Below, in pieces: positions 1 through 11,575 of a DNA stretch of 64,000 bases. A program made the position numbers and the translations under genes. The notes beneath the pieces were generated by a model. It had not been told where the DNA came from and ran no database searches. It was given only the letters and a program-made list of their open reading frames with translations. Each line of letters opens with the position of its first letter. Position 1 is the first letter of the stretch. The stretch comes from an uncultured Methylomirabilota bacterium (GTDB lineage Bacteria; Methylomirabilota; Methylomirabilia; Methylomirabilales; 2-02-FULL-66-22). Location of the stretch: contig OY970067.1 in assembly GCA_963705305.1 (NCBI GenBank), positions 2,240,001 to 2,304,000 on the forward strand. Reading direction: 5' to 3'.

Positions 1-32
1 GCACCAGGCTTTCAGTGGAGCGAGTGGACAGC

Positions 33-323
33 ATGTGCGGCATCAGCGGCGAGCTGCATCTTGATTCGGCGCAGCCCGTGGAGCGGGGCGTCCTGGAGCG
101 GATGAGCGCCGTCCTGGCGCACCGGGGGCCGGACGGTGCCGGGATCTACTGCGACGGTCCGGTCGGCCTCACCTACCGGTGACTCAGCATCATCGACCTG
201 AGCCCGGCCGGAGACCAACCTATGGCCAATGTGGCGGCCGGTCTGGAGACGACCCTCGCGGCTGTGCCGGCGCTGATCTCCGCGCTGGCTCGGCGGGGAG
301 GCAGGGCGGAACCGGTGCACTGA
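33..323 (+). pseudogene. Truncated paralogue of the asparagine synthase-like amidotransferase N-terminus
   Basis: ATG at 33 reads MCGISGELHLDSAQPVERGVLERMSAVLAHRGPDGAGIYCDGPVGLTYR*LSIIDLSPAGDQPMAN, closely matching the start of 1789..3762. In-frame TGA at 180-182 where the intact copy has CGA; similarity stops after MAN. Confidence 0.85.
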
Positions 324-331
324 GGAGACCC

Positions 332-1036
332 ATGACCCCCAGGCGATTGTCTATCATCATGCCGGTGTTCAACGAGGTTCAGACGATCCGCGAGATCCTT
401 CGCCGGGTGGACATGGCGGATGCCGCCGGGCTGGAGAAGGAGCTGATCGTCGTGGACGACGGCTCCAGCGATGGAACGCAGGCCGCGCTGGGCTCCCTTG
501 GCGACCTCCGCACGCCCGTGCACGTCCTGATGCATTCCAGGAACATGGGCAAGGGGGCGGCAATCCGGACGGGACTGGAAGCGGCCACGGGGGACATCGT
601 GCTGATCCAGGATGCGGACCTGGAATACGACCCGCAGCAGTACCCGCTGCTGCTCCGACCCATCCTCGGCGGAATGGCCGATGTCGTGTACGGGAACCGC
701 TTTCATGGCGGCCCCCACCGGGTGCTCTATTTCTGGCACGCCCTGGGCAATCGGCTGGTTACGCTCTTCTCCAACGTCCTGACGAACCTGAATCTTACCG
801 ACATGGAGGTCGGCTTCAAGGTGTTCCGCAGCGATCTGGTGAAGTCGCTCCGCCTCCGCTCGAATCGGTTCGGCTTTGAGCCCGAGATCACCATGAAGAT
901 GGCCCGGCGACACCTCAGGATCTACGAAGTGCCCATCTCCTATTTCGGCCGGACATACCAGGAGGGAAAGAAGATCACCTGGAAGGACGGCCTGGTCGCC
1001 TTGTGCGCGCTCGTTCGTTTTCGATTCCTGGACTGA
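332..1036 (+). CDS. Glycosyltransferase family 2 (DPM/DPG-synthase-like)
   Basis: LSIIMPVFNE, VVDDGSSDGT, NMGKGAA, IQDADLEYDP, EGKKITWKDG motifs; GAGGAG RBS before ATG 332. Confidence 0.92.
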   Translation: MTPRRLSIIMPVFNEVQTIREILRRVDMADAAGLEKELIVVDDGSSDGTQAALGSLGDLRTPVHVLMHSRNMGKGAAIRTGLEAATGDIVLIQDADLEYDPQQYPLLLRPILGGMADVVYGNRFHGGPHRVLYFWHALGNRLVTLFSNVLTNLNLTDMEVGFKVFRSDLVKSLRLRSNRFGFEPEITMKMARRHLRIYEVPISYFGRTYQEGKKITWKDGLVALCALVRFRFLD

Positions 1037-1053
1037 GCCGGGGGAGTGGGGAG

Positions 1054-1755
1054 GTGGATTACCCGAGCAGCGAGCTGGCGGCCATGGACGGCGCCAACAA
1101 TTACCACGGCTGGATCCTGCGGGAGTTCCGGCCGTTTCTGGGGCACCGCGTTGTGGAGGTCGGGGCCGGGCTCGGCTCCTTCGCGTCCCATCTCCTGACC
1201 ACGGGACCCGAAATCCTGGTTCTGTTGGAGCCGGCCCGAAATCTCTTTCCGCGCCTGGTCGAGCGTCTGGGGGAGCGGCCCAACGTCACCCTGATTCCCC
1301 TGCAGCTCCACGAGGCGGAGGCGGAGCTTCGGACGATGGAGCTGGAGACGGCCGTTCTCGTCAATGTCCTGGAACACGTCCCAGAGGATGTGGCCGTGCT
1401 CCGGATGCTGCACTCGCTGCTGGGACGGCAGGGAAGCCTCCTCCTGCTGGTTCCAGCATTGCCATGGCTCTTCGGAACACTCGATGTCGCGTTCGGGCAT
1501 GAACGCCGGTACACTCTGACAGAATTGGCGGACAAAGTGACGCGGGCCGGGTTCCGTGTCGAGCGACTTGCATATCGCAACCTTCCAGGGGTGGCGGCCT
1601 GGTTCCTGGCGGGAAAGGTGCTGCGGCGGGCCACCCTGAGCCCCCGGAGCGTGGCCGCGTACGACCGGTTGGTCATTCCGTGGCTCTCTCGACTTGAGCA
1701 GATCATCCCGCCGCCCCTGGGACAAAGCCTGCTGGCGATCGCGACCAAGCCCTGA
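1054..1755 (+). CDS. Class I SAM-dependent methyltransferase
   Basis: VVEVGAGLG motif I, NVLEHV, GHERRY; GTG start chosen after a purine-rich stretch (start uncertain). Confidence 0.85.
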   Translation: MDYPSSELAAMDGANNYHGWILREFRPFLGHRVVEVGAGLGSFASHLLTTGPEILVLLEPARNLFPRLVERLGERPNVTLIPLQLHEAEAELRTMELETAVLVNVLEHVPEDVAVLRMLHSLLGRQGSLLLLVPALPWLFGTLDVAFGHERRYTLTELADKVTRAGFRVERLAYRNLPGVAAWFLAGKVLRRATLSPRSVAAYDRLVIPWLSRLEQIIPPPLGQSLLAIATKP

Positions 1756-1788
1756 GCCCGCCGGGGGCCTGCGAGGTTACGCAAGCGT

Positions 1789-3762
<1,974 letters not shown>

Positions 3763-3834
3763 GGACAGGGATTGTGCTGAGCGATCAAAGAAAGTCATCG
3801 GCTGTCTCAATTCCGGTATCGGGGAGAGTGCGGC

Positions 3835-5238
3835 TTGGCTGAAGGCTCAACAGAGGTCTTCTCATACTCATTGGGGCGGACGTGCGGCATTATCTTGACG
3901 CTTGCGTTCTGTCTGCGCGTGGCCTTCCTGCTCGCTGTCGGACCGCTCTCCTCCCCGGATACTCTCCAATACAAGCTTCTTGCTCATAACGTACTCACAA
4001 CACGGGAATATGCCCAGTTCGATCAGGTAGCGGGTAAATGGCTGCCCTCTGCCCATCGGGTCCCACTTTATCAGTACCTTCTTGCTGGGACGTACGGACT
4101 ATTCGGGGAGACCAGCGCCGGCGATTGGGCAATCGTTATTGAGCAGGCAGTCCTGTCTGCAGCCACATCTGGCCTGGTAGCTCTTTTGGGAGCTATGACG
4201 GTTGGAAGGAGTGCCGGTATCTTGGCTGGGCTCTTCTTTGCCCTGGACCCGCTACCACTGTTGCAGGCCGCCTACATTTTGACGGACACACTCTTCGCCT
4301 TCCTGGTCACCTCGGCTTTGCTTGCTGGCGTGTGGGCACTCCGCTCTCGAATGGCCAGGTCATTTCTAACCTGGGGGCTGTTGATTGGCGTCGCCACGCT
4401 GACGCGACCCCTCTTCAAGTACTACGCAGCTGTTCCGATCCTGACAATCGTCTTGTCCCGTTGGTCGATACGCGCAATCGTACGGGATGGCCTCGCGTGC
4501 TTGCTTGGGATTGTCCTCATCCTCGGCCCGTGGATGGTGCGAAACAAGATCCAGCTCGACTTTTGGGGCCTGGAACTGAATCAGGGCCTGAGCATGGTCT
4601 GGTCCACGTTCCGCCTGACTCACTCCTCCTCCCCCGCAGAGCGCCAAGCGGAACCCGAACTCGCGGCGGCCCGCGACATCGTCGCCAACTCGAAAAACCC
4701 TGCAGGAATCCTGCAGGACGTTGAGAGACAGCTGAAAGTTCCGGAAGTCGTCGCAGATCGCTACCTGCAGCGGATTGGAATCGAAAATGTACTTCGGAAC
4801 CCAGTGGCATTCCTAGAAATTGCAGGCAAAAATGCGATTAACATGCTGACGTCTCCGGCCACTGCACAGGAATTAATGTATCGGTCCGGACTGGTGAACG
4901 AATCTTTTCTGAGCGTGAGATTAGAGCAGGCCGTCAAGGAGCGATTGTTGCTTCCACCAGTGGTAAACATAGCGAGTCGGCTCCTGTGTGTCTTGGTTTT
5001 TTGTGTTGGTGCCGCCTGGGGATACAGGGTTCTTTGGAGAGACAAAAACAATCGACTATGGCTAACCTTTTTGGGGCTGACCTGCGTCTACGTAGTCGCC
5101 TTGACGAGTGCGGTTGCTGGATATGACCGTTTCCGCTTGCCCATTGAGGGGATCTTATGGATCCTATTCGCGGCTCTTGTCCTCAAACTGAGACGTGCGG
5201 CGCCCGTGGTAGGCAAGGGCTCGATCCCACGCGCCTAG
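3835..5238 (+). CDS. ArnT/PMT-like (GT-C fold) integral membrane glycosyltransferase
   Basis: Many TM segments; SPDTLQY, R-x-P-L-Y, ILTDTLF, LATLTRP-like, PWMVRN, RFRLP motifs; visibly less GC-rich than its neighbours. Confidence 0.78.
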   Translation: MAEGSTEVFSYSLGRTCGIILTLAFCLRVAFLLAVGPLSSPDTLQYKLLAHNVLTTREYAQFDQVAGKWLPSAHRVPLYQYLLAGTYGLFGETSAGDWAIVIEQAVLSAATSGLVALLGAMTVGRSAGILAGLFFALDPLPLLQAAYILTDTLFAFLVTSALLAGVWALRSRMARSFLTWGLLIGVATLTRPLFKYYAAVPILTIVLSRWSIRAIVRDGLACLLGIVLILGPWMVRNKIQLDFWGLELNQGLSMVWSTFRLTHSSSPAERQAEPELAAARDIVANSKNPAGILQDVERQLKVPEVVADRYLQRIGIENVLRNPVAFLEIAGKNAINMLTSPATAQELMYRSGLVNESFLSVRLEQAVKERLLLPPVVNIASRLLCVLVFCVGAAWGYRVLWRDKNNRLWLTFLGLTCVYVVALTSAVAGYDRFRLPIEGILWILFAALVLKLRRAAPVVGKGSIPRA

Positions 5239-5359
5239 TTTGCTCCAGCGCTTCCCATGGTGACGCCGTGCCGCCGGACTTCCATCGAAAAGAACGGGCA
5301 GTCTTCTCGGCTACATGTATTTGGCGCGCTGACGACAGTTATGTAGGGAGACAAGAGAC

Positions 5360-6298
5360 ATGTCGCGATACTTGATCACCGGGGGGGCGGGCTTCATCGG
5401 ATCGAACCTGGCCCACGCGCTGGTGGCGCGCGGGGAGGCCGTCCGCATCCTGGACGACTTCTCGACCGGACGCCCGCAGAACCTAACCGGCATCGAGGAT
5501 CGCATCGAAGTGGTCCGGGGAGATCTGCGGGATCCCGCCGCCGTGGAGCGGGCGGTTGCGGGGGCGGCCGTCATCCTCCACCAGGCGGCCCTCAACAGCA
5601 ATCCCCGATCCATCAAGGAGCCCGGCCCGACCAACGCCGTGAACGTGGGCGGCACCCTGACGCTCCTGGAGGCCGCGCGGCGGGCGGGCGTCAGGCGGGT
5701 CGTCTACGCCTCCTCCTCATCGGTCTTCGGGGACACCCCGGGACTCCCAAAGACGGAGGAGATGCCCGTGTCCCCCAAGGCCCCCTATGGAGTCTCCAAG
5801 CTGGCCGCCGAATTCTACTGCCGGGTCTTCACCGAGGTCTACGGCCTGGAGACCGTCAGCCTCCGGTACTTCAACGTGTTCGGGCCGCGCCAGCACCCGG
5901 ACTCGGAGTACGCGGCGGTCATCCCGCGCTTCCTGCGGCGGATGCTCCGGGGGGAGCGGCCGGTGATCTTTGGGGATGGGGAGCAGTCCCGGGATTTTAC
6001 GGCGGTGGCCAACGTGGTGGAGGCGAATCTCCTGGCGGCGGAGGCTCCCGGGGCGGCGGGGCAGGTGTTCAACATCGCCTACGGGGAGGCCAGCACCCTG
6101 AACCAGCTGGCGGCCTGGCTCAACGAGGCGCTGGGCACGAGCCTCGCGCCGCTCTACGAGCCGCCGCGGCCGGCCGATGTCCAGCATTCCTACGCCTCGA
6201 TCCGGCGCGCGGAGGCCGTCCTGGGTTATCGCCCCCGTCTGGATGTCCGGGAAGGGCTCCGGCAGACGGCCGCCTGGTTCAGAGATCATGAGCGCTGA
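5360..6298 (+). CDS. NAD-dependent nucleotide-sugar epimerase (WbpP-like)
   Basis: TGGAGFIGS, ASSSSV, YGVSK, LRYFNVFGPRQ, GDGEQSRDF. Confidence 0.92.
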   Translation: MSRYLITGGAGFIGSNLAHALVARGEAVRILDDFSTGRPQNLTGIEDRIEVVRGDLRDPAAVERAVAGAAVILHQAALNSNPRSIKEPGPTNAVNVGGTLTLLEAARRAGVRRVVYASSSSVFGDTPGLPKTEEMPVSPKAPYGVSKLAAEFYCRVFTEVYGLETVSLRYFNVFGPRQHPDSEYAAVIPRFLRRMLRGERPVIFGDGEQSRDFTAVANVVEANLLAAEAPGAAGQVFNIAYGEASTLNQLAAWLNEALGTSLAPLYEPPRPADVQHSYASIRRAEAVLGYRPRLDVREGLRQTAAWFRDHER

Positions 6299-6405
6299 GA
6301 AAAGGCTCAGCAGGGGAGCGGGGGCGAAAGGGAGCAGGGGAGTGAAGGAAGCGAAGCAGAGGGGCGTCCGATCTTCAGAAAGCCGGAGGTCTTCGGTCGG
6401 CAGAT

Positions 6406-7680
6406 GTGGGCTGTGCCGTGAATCGGACCGTGAGCCTCGAACCTCGAACCAGTGAACCGGAAGAGCCGCCTACAAGCGGCTCGCCGCTGGGCAGGCCCAT
6501 CCGGGTCGCCCGGGTGATCGCCCGACTGAACGTGGGCGGCCCGGCCTGGCATGTCATCCACCTGACCGCGGGGATGGATCCCCGGCGATTCGCGACCCGC
6601 CTCATCACGGGCGTCGTGGGCCCGGCGGAGGGGGACCTAAGCTGGGCGGCCCGGGAGCGGGGGATCACCCCGGAGATCATCCCGGAGCTCGGCCGGGCCA
6701 TCCGGCCGCAGCGGGATCTGGTGGCCCTGGTCAAGTTGATGCGCATTTTCCGGCGTCTCCGACCGGACATCGTCCACACCCACACCGCCAAGGCCGGGAC
6801 ACTGGGGCGGGTGGCAGCGCGGCTCAGCGGGGTCCCGGTGATCTTGCACACGTTTCACGGGCACGTCCTGGAGGGCTACTTCTCACCCGCGGCCTCCGGA
6901 ATCTTTCTGCGGATCGAGCGGGGGCTGGCTCGCCTTTCCACTCGGGTCATCACCGTGAGTCCCCGGCTGCGCGAGACCTTGCTGGCGCTCGGCGTCGGCG
7001 CGCCGGAGCGGGTGGAGGTCGTGCCGCTGGGCCTGGAATTGGAGCGCTTCCGTCGCGCGCGGCCCGATCCGGCGGGGATCCGGGCGAGCCTGGGCCTGCC
7101 GCCCGAGACGCCCCTCTTGGGGATCGTCGGTCGCCTGGTGCCCGTCAAGGATCACCCCACGCTCTTCGAGGCCCTCCACCGGCTGCCGCCAGAGGCGGGG
7201 ACCCCCCACCTGCTTGTGACGGGGGATGGGGAAGAGCGAGGGCGATTGGAGCGAATGGCCGAGCGCCTCCGGCTGGGCTCCCGCATTCACTTCCTGGGAT
7301 GGCGGCACGACCTTGAGACTATCCTGGGGGGCCTGGACGTGGTAATCTCTGCCTCGCGCAGCGAGGGGACCCCCGTGGCTCTGATCGAGGCGATGGCGGC
7401 GGGCACCCCTGTCCTGGCGACCGATGTGGGAGGGGTCGCGGACTTGGTGGCGCATGGAGAGACCGGATGGCTGGTGCCGTCCGGCGATCCGGACGCCATG
7501 GCCCGGGCCATCTGCGAGCTTCTGGCGGATCCCGGGCTCCGGGGGCGGCTGGCCGCAGCGGGTCGGGACGTGGCGCTGCGGCGGCATGCCGTGGGCGCAT
7601 TGATCCAGCGGATGGAGGAGTTGTACACAAGGCTGCTGGCAGAGAAGCAGAGCAATGAAAAGTTGCAAACCGACAACTGA
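6406..7680 (+). CDS. Glycosyltransferase family 4
   Basis: IARLNVGGP, HTHTAKAG, HTFHGH, SEGTPVALIEAMAAG; start codon uncertain. Confidence 0.9.
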   Translation: MGCAVNRTVSLEPRTSEPEEPPTSGSPLGRPIRVARVIARLNVGGPAWHVIHLTAGMDPRRFATRLITGVVGPAEGDLSWAARERGITPEIIPELGRAIRPQRDLVALVKLMRIFRRLRPDIVHTHTAKAGTLGRVAARLSGVPVILHTFHGHVLEGYFSPAASGIFLRIERGLARLSTRVITVSPRLRETLLALGVGAPERVEVVPLGLELERFRRARPDPAGIRASLGLPPETPLLGIVGRLVPVKDHPTLFEALHRLPPEAGTPHLLVTGDGEERGRLERMAERLRLGSRIHFLGWRHDLETILGGLDVVISASRSEGTPVALIEAMAAGTPVLATDVGGVADLVAHGETGWLVPSGDPDAMARAICELLADPGLRGRLAAAGRDVALRRHAVGALIQRMEELYTRLLAEKQSNEKLQTDN

Positions 7681-7760
7681 CAACCGGTCAATTTCGACGG
7701 TTGGCTGGTTTCCAGTTGTCGGTTGTCGGTTTTACCTTGTCAGTTGTCCGTTTTTCATTG
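7653..7760. repeat. Heptamer-repeat inverted hairpin ((C/T)GACAAC units / GTTGTC(G/A) units)
   Basis: CAATGAAAA...CCGACAACTGACAACC...GTTGTCGGTTGTCGG...GTCAGTTGTCCG...TTTTCATTG; overlaps the GT4 stop codon. Confidence 0.7.
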
Positions 7761-7782
7761 AAAGGCTGGGGGGAGGCTGCGA

Positions 7783-8805
7783 ATGCGCGTCTTGGTGACC
7801 GGCGGCGCCGGCTACATCGGCTCGCACCTAGTGGACGCTTTGCTCAAGCGGGGCGACGAGGTGCTGGTGGTGGACAATCTCTCCACCGGACGGATCGAGA
7901 ACATCCGCCACCTGTTGGGCCACCCGCGCTTCCAGTTCATCAACGACTCGATCCTCAACGAAGCCCTCCTCGAGCAGTTCGTGCCCACGGTGGACCGGAT
8001 CTACCACCTGGCGGCGGCGGTGGGGGTCCGGCACATCCTCCAGGATCCCCTGGCCGCCATCAATACCAACGTGCGGGGCACGGAGACGGTGCTGGGGCTG
8101 GCGTTCAAGTACTGGAAGCGGACCGTGATCGCCTCCAGCTCCGAGATCTACGGGAAGGCCAGCCACGTCCCCTTCCACGAGGACGACGACCGGGTCCTCG
8201 GCTCCACCGCCGTGACCCGCTGGTCCTACTCCATGTCCAAGGCCATCGACGAGCATTTCGCCTTCGCCTACGCAGCCAAGGGACTGCCCATCGCGATCGT
8301 GCGCTACTTCAACTCCTTCGGACCGCGACTGGACGAGCGGGGATACGGCAGTGTGGTGGCGAACCTCACGCGCCAGGCGCTGCACGGGGAGCCGATCACC
8401 GTCCACGGGGACGGGAAGCAGACCCGCTGCTTCACCTACATCGCCGACACCGTGGCCGGCACGCTCCTGGCGGGCGAGGTCCCGGAAGCGGTCGGCCAGG
8501 CCTTCAACATCGCCAATCCCGTGGAGACCAGCATCCTGGACCTGGCGCGGACGATCAAGCGCCTGGTGCGCTCCAAGTCCCCCCTGACCTTCGTGACCTA
8601 TGAGGCCTATTACGGCGAGGGCTTCGAGGATACGCGGCGCCGGGTTCCGGCCATCGACAAGGCCAAGCGCCTGCTGGGCTTCACGGCTCGGGTGGATCTG
8701 GAGACCGGGCTCCGGAAGACGACCCAGTGGTGCCGGGTGCATTTCACGCCCGAGGGGTCAGGACCCGGGCGCCGCCCGAGGCCTGCGACGAGTGAGGAGC
8801 GCTGA
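7783..8805 (+). CDS. NAD-dependent epimerase/dehydratase
   Basis: TGGAGYIGS, HLAAAVGV, ASSSEIYGK, WSYSMSK, GDGKQTRCF. Confidence 0.92.
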   Translation: MRVLVTGGAGYIGSHLVDALLKRGDEVLVVDNLSTGRIENIRHLLGHPRFQFINDSILNEALLEQFVPTVDRIYHLAAAVGVRHILQDPLAAINTNVRGTETVLGLAFKYWKRTVIASSSEIYGKASHVPFHEDDDRVLGSTAVTRWSYSMSKAIDEHFAFAYAAKGLPIAIVRYFNSFGPRLDERGYGSVVANLTRQALHGEPITVHGDGKQTRCFTYIADTVAGTLLAGEVPEAVGQAFNIANPVETSILDLARTIKRLVRSKSPLTFVTYEAYYGEGFEDTRRRVPAIDKAKRLLGFTARVDLETGLRKTTQWCRVHFTPEGSGPGRRPRPATSEER

Positions 8806-8807
8806 GC

Positions 8808-10157
8808 ATGCAGACAACCGCGGAAGAGTTCGCGCGAAGGGTCCGGACGAAGGAGCTGACCGTCGCCGTCATCGGCTTGGGCTACGTCGGGCTCCCCCTG
8901 GCGGCGGGGTTCGCCCGGGCCGGGATCCAGGTGATCGGCGTGGACGTGAACCAGCGGCGCGCGGCGCTCATCGCACGGGGGGAGAGCCCCATCCTGGATG
9001 TCCCCGGTGCGGACCTCGCCGCCGAGGTCCAGGCGGGGCGCCTGACGGCCACCACCGACTACACGGCCTGCCGGCAGGCGGATGCCGTGGTCATCTGCGT
9101 GCCTACCCCGTTCACCAAGATGAAAGCTCCCGACCTCTCCTTCATCGAGGCCGCCTGCCGGAGCCTGGCGCCCCACCTGAAGGCCGGGGCCCTGGTGGTC
9201 CTCCAGTCCACCACCTATCCCGGAACCACGGAGGAGCTGGTGCGGCCCCTGCTGGAGCAGGGCGGGCGCCGGGCGGGAACGGACTTCCTCCTGGCCTTTT
9301 CCCCCGAGCGGATCGATCCCGGCAACAGCCAGTTCTCCGCCCACAATACCCCCAAGGTGGTGGGGGGGATCGACCCCGACTCCACCGAGGCCGCGGCCGC
9401 CCTCTTCGGCTGCCTGGTGCCCGCCGAGCACATCCATCGGGTGCCGAGCCCGGCCGTGGCCGAGATGTGCAAGCTCCTGGAAAACATCTTCCGCAGTGTG
9501 AACATCGCCCTGGTGAACGAGCTGGCCAAGCTCTGCGACCGGATGGGGATCGACATCTGGGCGGTCATCGACGCCGCCGCCACCAAGCCCTTCGGATTCA
9601 TGCCCTTCTACCCCGGCCCCGGAGTGGGCGGCCACTGCATCCCGGTCGACCCCTACTACCTCTCCTGGAAGGCCCGCGAGTACGATTTTTACACCAAGTT
9701 CATCGAGCTCGCCGCCGAGGTCAACTCCTCCATGCCGTTCTACACGGTGAACAAGCTGGCCGAGGCCCTGAACCGCCGGGGCAAGCCCCTGCAGGGGGCG
9801 AGGGTCCTCGTGCTCGGAGCGGCCTTCAAGAAGGACATCGACGATCCACGGAACAGTCCGGCCCTGGCCGTGCTGCGATCCCTCCGGGGCCGGGGGGCGA
9901 GCGTAGCCTATCACGACCCCTTCATTTCCGAGATCTCACTGGACGCCGAGGACGCCCCTGGTCAGGCGGGGGCTCCCCGTCTGGTTTCCACCCCACTCAC
10001 CGCGGATCTCCTGGAGGCCCAGGACTGCGTCTGCTTGGCGGTGGCGCACAGCCGGTTCGATATCCCCTGGATCCTGGAACACAGCCGGCTGCTCCTGGAT
10101 GCCACGGGCGTCACCCGCCGCTTTTCCCAGGATCGGGGCAGCGTGGTCCGGCTGTAG
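8808..10157 (+). CDS. Nucleotide-sugar (UDP-GlcNAc/ManNAc-type) dehydrogenase
   Basis: GLGYVGLP, ICVPTP, STTYPGTT, FSPERIDPG, GGHCIPVDP. Confidence 0.93.
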   Translation: MQTTAEEFARRVRTKELTVAVIGLGYVGLPLAAGFARAGIQVIGVDVNQRRAALIARGESPILDVPGADLAAEVQAGRLTATTDYTACRQADAVVICVPTPFTKMKAPDLSFIEAACRSLAPHLKAGALVVLQSTTYPGTTEELVRPLLEQGGRRAGTDFLLAFSPERIDPGNSQFSAHNTPKVVGGIDPDSTEAAAALFGCLVPAEHIHRVPSPAVAEMCKLLENIFRSVNIALVNELAKLCDRMGIDIWAVIDAAATKPFGFMPFYPGPGVGGHCIPVDPYYLSWKAREYDFYTKFIELAAEVNSSMPFYTVNKLAEALNRRGKPLQGARVLVLGAAFKKDIDDPRNSPALAVLRSLRGRGASVAYHDPFISEISLDAEDAPGQAGAPRLVSTPLTADLLEAQDCVCLAVAHSRFDIPWILEHSRLLLDATGVTRRFSQDRGSVVRL

Positions 10158-10160
10158 GCC

Positions 10161-11231
10161 ATGGGATATCTGTCCCCTCTCGTCGCCCCCTTCGTGGCGG
10201 CCCTCGGAGCGGCCCTCCTGCTCACGCCGGTCTGCCGGGTGTTGGCGCTGCGGCTCGGGATCGTAGACCGGCCCGGGGGGAAGAAGATTCACAGCCATCC
10301 CATCCCGCTGCTGGGAGGGGTGGCCATCGCCCTGGCCGAGGCGTGCGGCGTGCTGGCCGGTGGAGACGTGCGCGGGATCTCGGTTCGGATTCTGGCGGGG
10401 GGAGGACTGATCCTGCTCCTCGGCATTCATGATGATCTCGATCCGCATGCCGAAGGACTGCGCTGGTGGCTCCGGCTCGTCTTCGAAGGGTGTCTGGCGG
10501 CCATCATCGTGGCCGGAGGGGTCCAGATCAGCTTCCTGGGCAGTCCGTGGCTTGGCATCCCCATCACCCTGCTCTGGATCGTCGGCATCACCAACGCCTT
10601 CAACCTGTTGGACAACATGAACGGTCTGTCCGCAGGGGTGGCGGCGATCGCAGGCCTGACGTTCGCCGCCCTGGCGGCACGCTATATGGACGTGGGGCCG
10701 GAGCAGCTGCCCACGGCCACGGCCGCTGCGGCCCTGGCCGGGGCCTGCATCGGATTCCTGCCCAGTAATTTCCGATCCCGCGTCTTCATGGGAGACGCCG
10801 GAAGTCTTTTCCTGGGCTTCACGCTGGCCTCGCTGGCGACCCTGGGCAGCTGGCGGAGCCCGACGGTTCCCACCTCGGTCGTGATTCCGATCCTGATTCT
10901 GGCCTACCCCATCTTCGACACCACGCTGGTGGTGGTCTTGCGCCTCCGGAGAGGGCAATCCCCGTTCGTCGGCGGCAAGGACCACTCGTCGCACCGGCTG
11001 GTGCGCTTGGGGCTCGGCCGTCTCGAGACCGTGCTCCTCATCTACCTGTTCGCCTTGTCGCACGCCCTGACGGCCTTGCTGATTTCGTCGGTCACGTTGC
11101 GCTTGTCCATGCTGGCCCTGGCAGGCAGCACCTGCGTGCTGTTCATCTTCGGAATGGTCCTGCGGAAGGCGCCCGTCTGGGAGCCGGCCGCCCCGGAGGA
11201 GGGGGTCACCCGTGGCGAAGAAAATGGATAG
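10161..11231 (+). CDS. Undecaprenyl-phosphate GlcNAc-1-phosphate transferase (WecA/TagO, MraY family)
   Basis: PLLGGVAI, GIHDD, NAFNLLDNMNGL, FMGDAGS, DHSSHRL. Confidence 0.9.
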   Translation: MGYLSPLVAPFVAALGAALLLTPVCRVLALRLGIVDRPGGKKIHSHPIPLLGGVAIALAEACGVLAGGDVRGISVRILAGGGLILLLGIHDDLDPHAEGLRWWLRLVFEGCLAAIIVAGGVQISFLGSPWLGIPITLLWIVGITNAFNLLDNMNGLSAGVAAIAGLTFAALAARYMDVGPEQLPTATAAAALAGACIGFLPSNFRSRVFMGDAGSLFLGFTLASLATLGSWRSPTVPTSVVIPILILAYPIFDTTLVVVLRLRRGQSPFVGGKDHSSHRLVRLGLGRLETVLLIYLFALSHALTALLISSVTLRLSMLALAGSTCVLFIFGMVLRKAPVWEPAAPEEGVTRGEENG

Positions 11232-11481
11232 CGTGGTCGTCTTGCTGGTGATTCTGATCCTGGGCGCGCTGATCGGGAGCGTCATCGGCGAAGTCATCGC
11301 GGCGCTGGCTCCGGGAGGCTTCCTGGAGACGGTGTTCTCGAAAGGGATCAATCCGGGCCTCTCCCCCCCGGCGGTCCTGGACCTGAGGGTGGTCACGCTG
11401 ACGTTCGGTCTGACCATGCGGATCAACCTGGCCAGCCTTCTCGGTATCGCACTGGCCGTAGTCATCTACCGGAAGCTGTGA
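11212..11481 (+). CDS. DUF4321-like small membrane protein
   Basis: GALIGSVIGE...LDLRVVTLTFGLTMRINLASLLG pattern; lies directly upstream of maf. Confidence 0.75.
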   Translation: MAKKMDSVVVLLVILILGALIGSVIGEVIAALAPGGFLETVFSKGINPGLSPPAVLDLRVVTLTFGLTMRINLASLLGIALAVVIYRKL

Positions 11482-11494
11482 GGGACAGGCATAA

Positions 11495-11570
11495 CAGCAT
11501 TCAGCCATCAGCTATCAGCGTTCAAATGTCCCGCTGACGGCTGACGGCTGACGGCTGAAGGCTGAAGGCT
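11495..11570. repeat. Heptamer-repeat inverted hairpin (TCAGCNN units / GCTGACG units)
   Basis: CAGCAT TCAGCCA TCAGCTA TCAGCG ... GCTGACG GCTGACG GCTGACG GCTGAAG GCTGAAG. Confidence 0.8.
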
Positions 11571-11575
11571 CTCCC

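Noticed and set aside
179..331. Extended N-terminus of the GT2 ORF
   Set aside because: It is an off-frame reading of the asnB remnant; ATG 332 has the RBS.
11495..11570. Possible CRISPR array in the short repeats
   Set aside because: 7-nt tandem units with no spacers and no cas genes.
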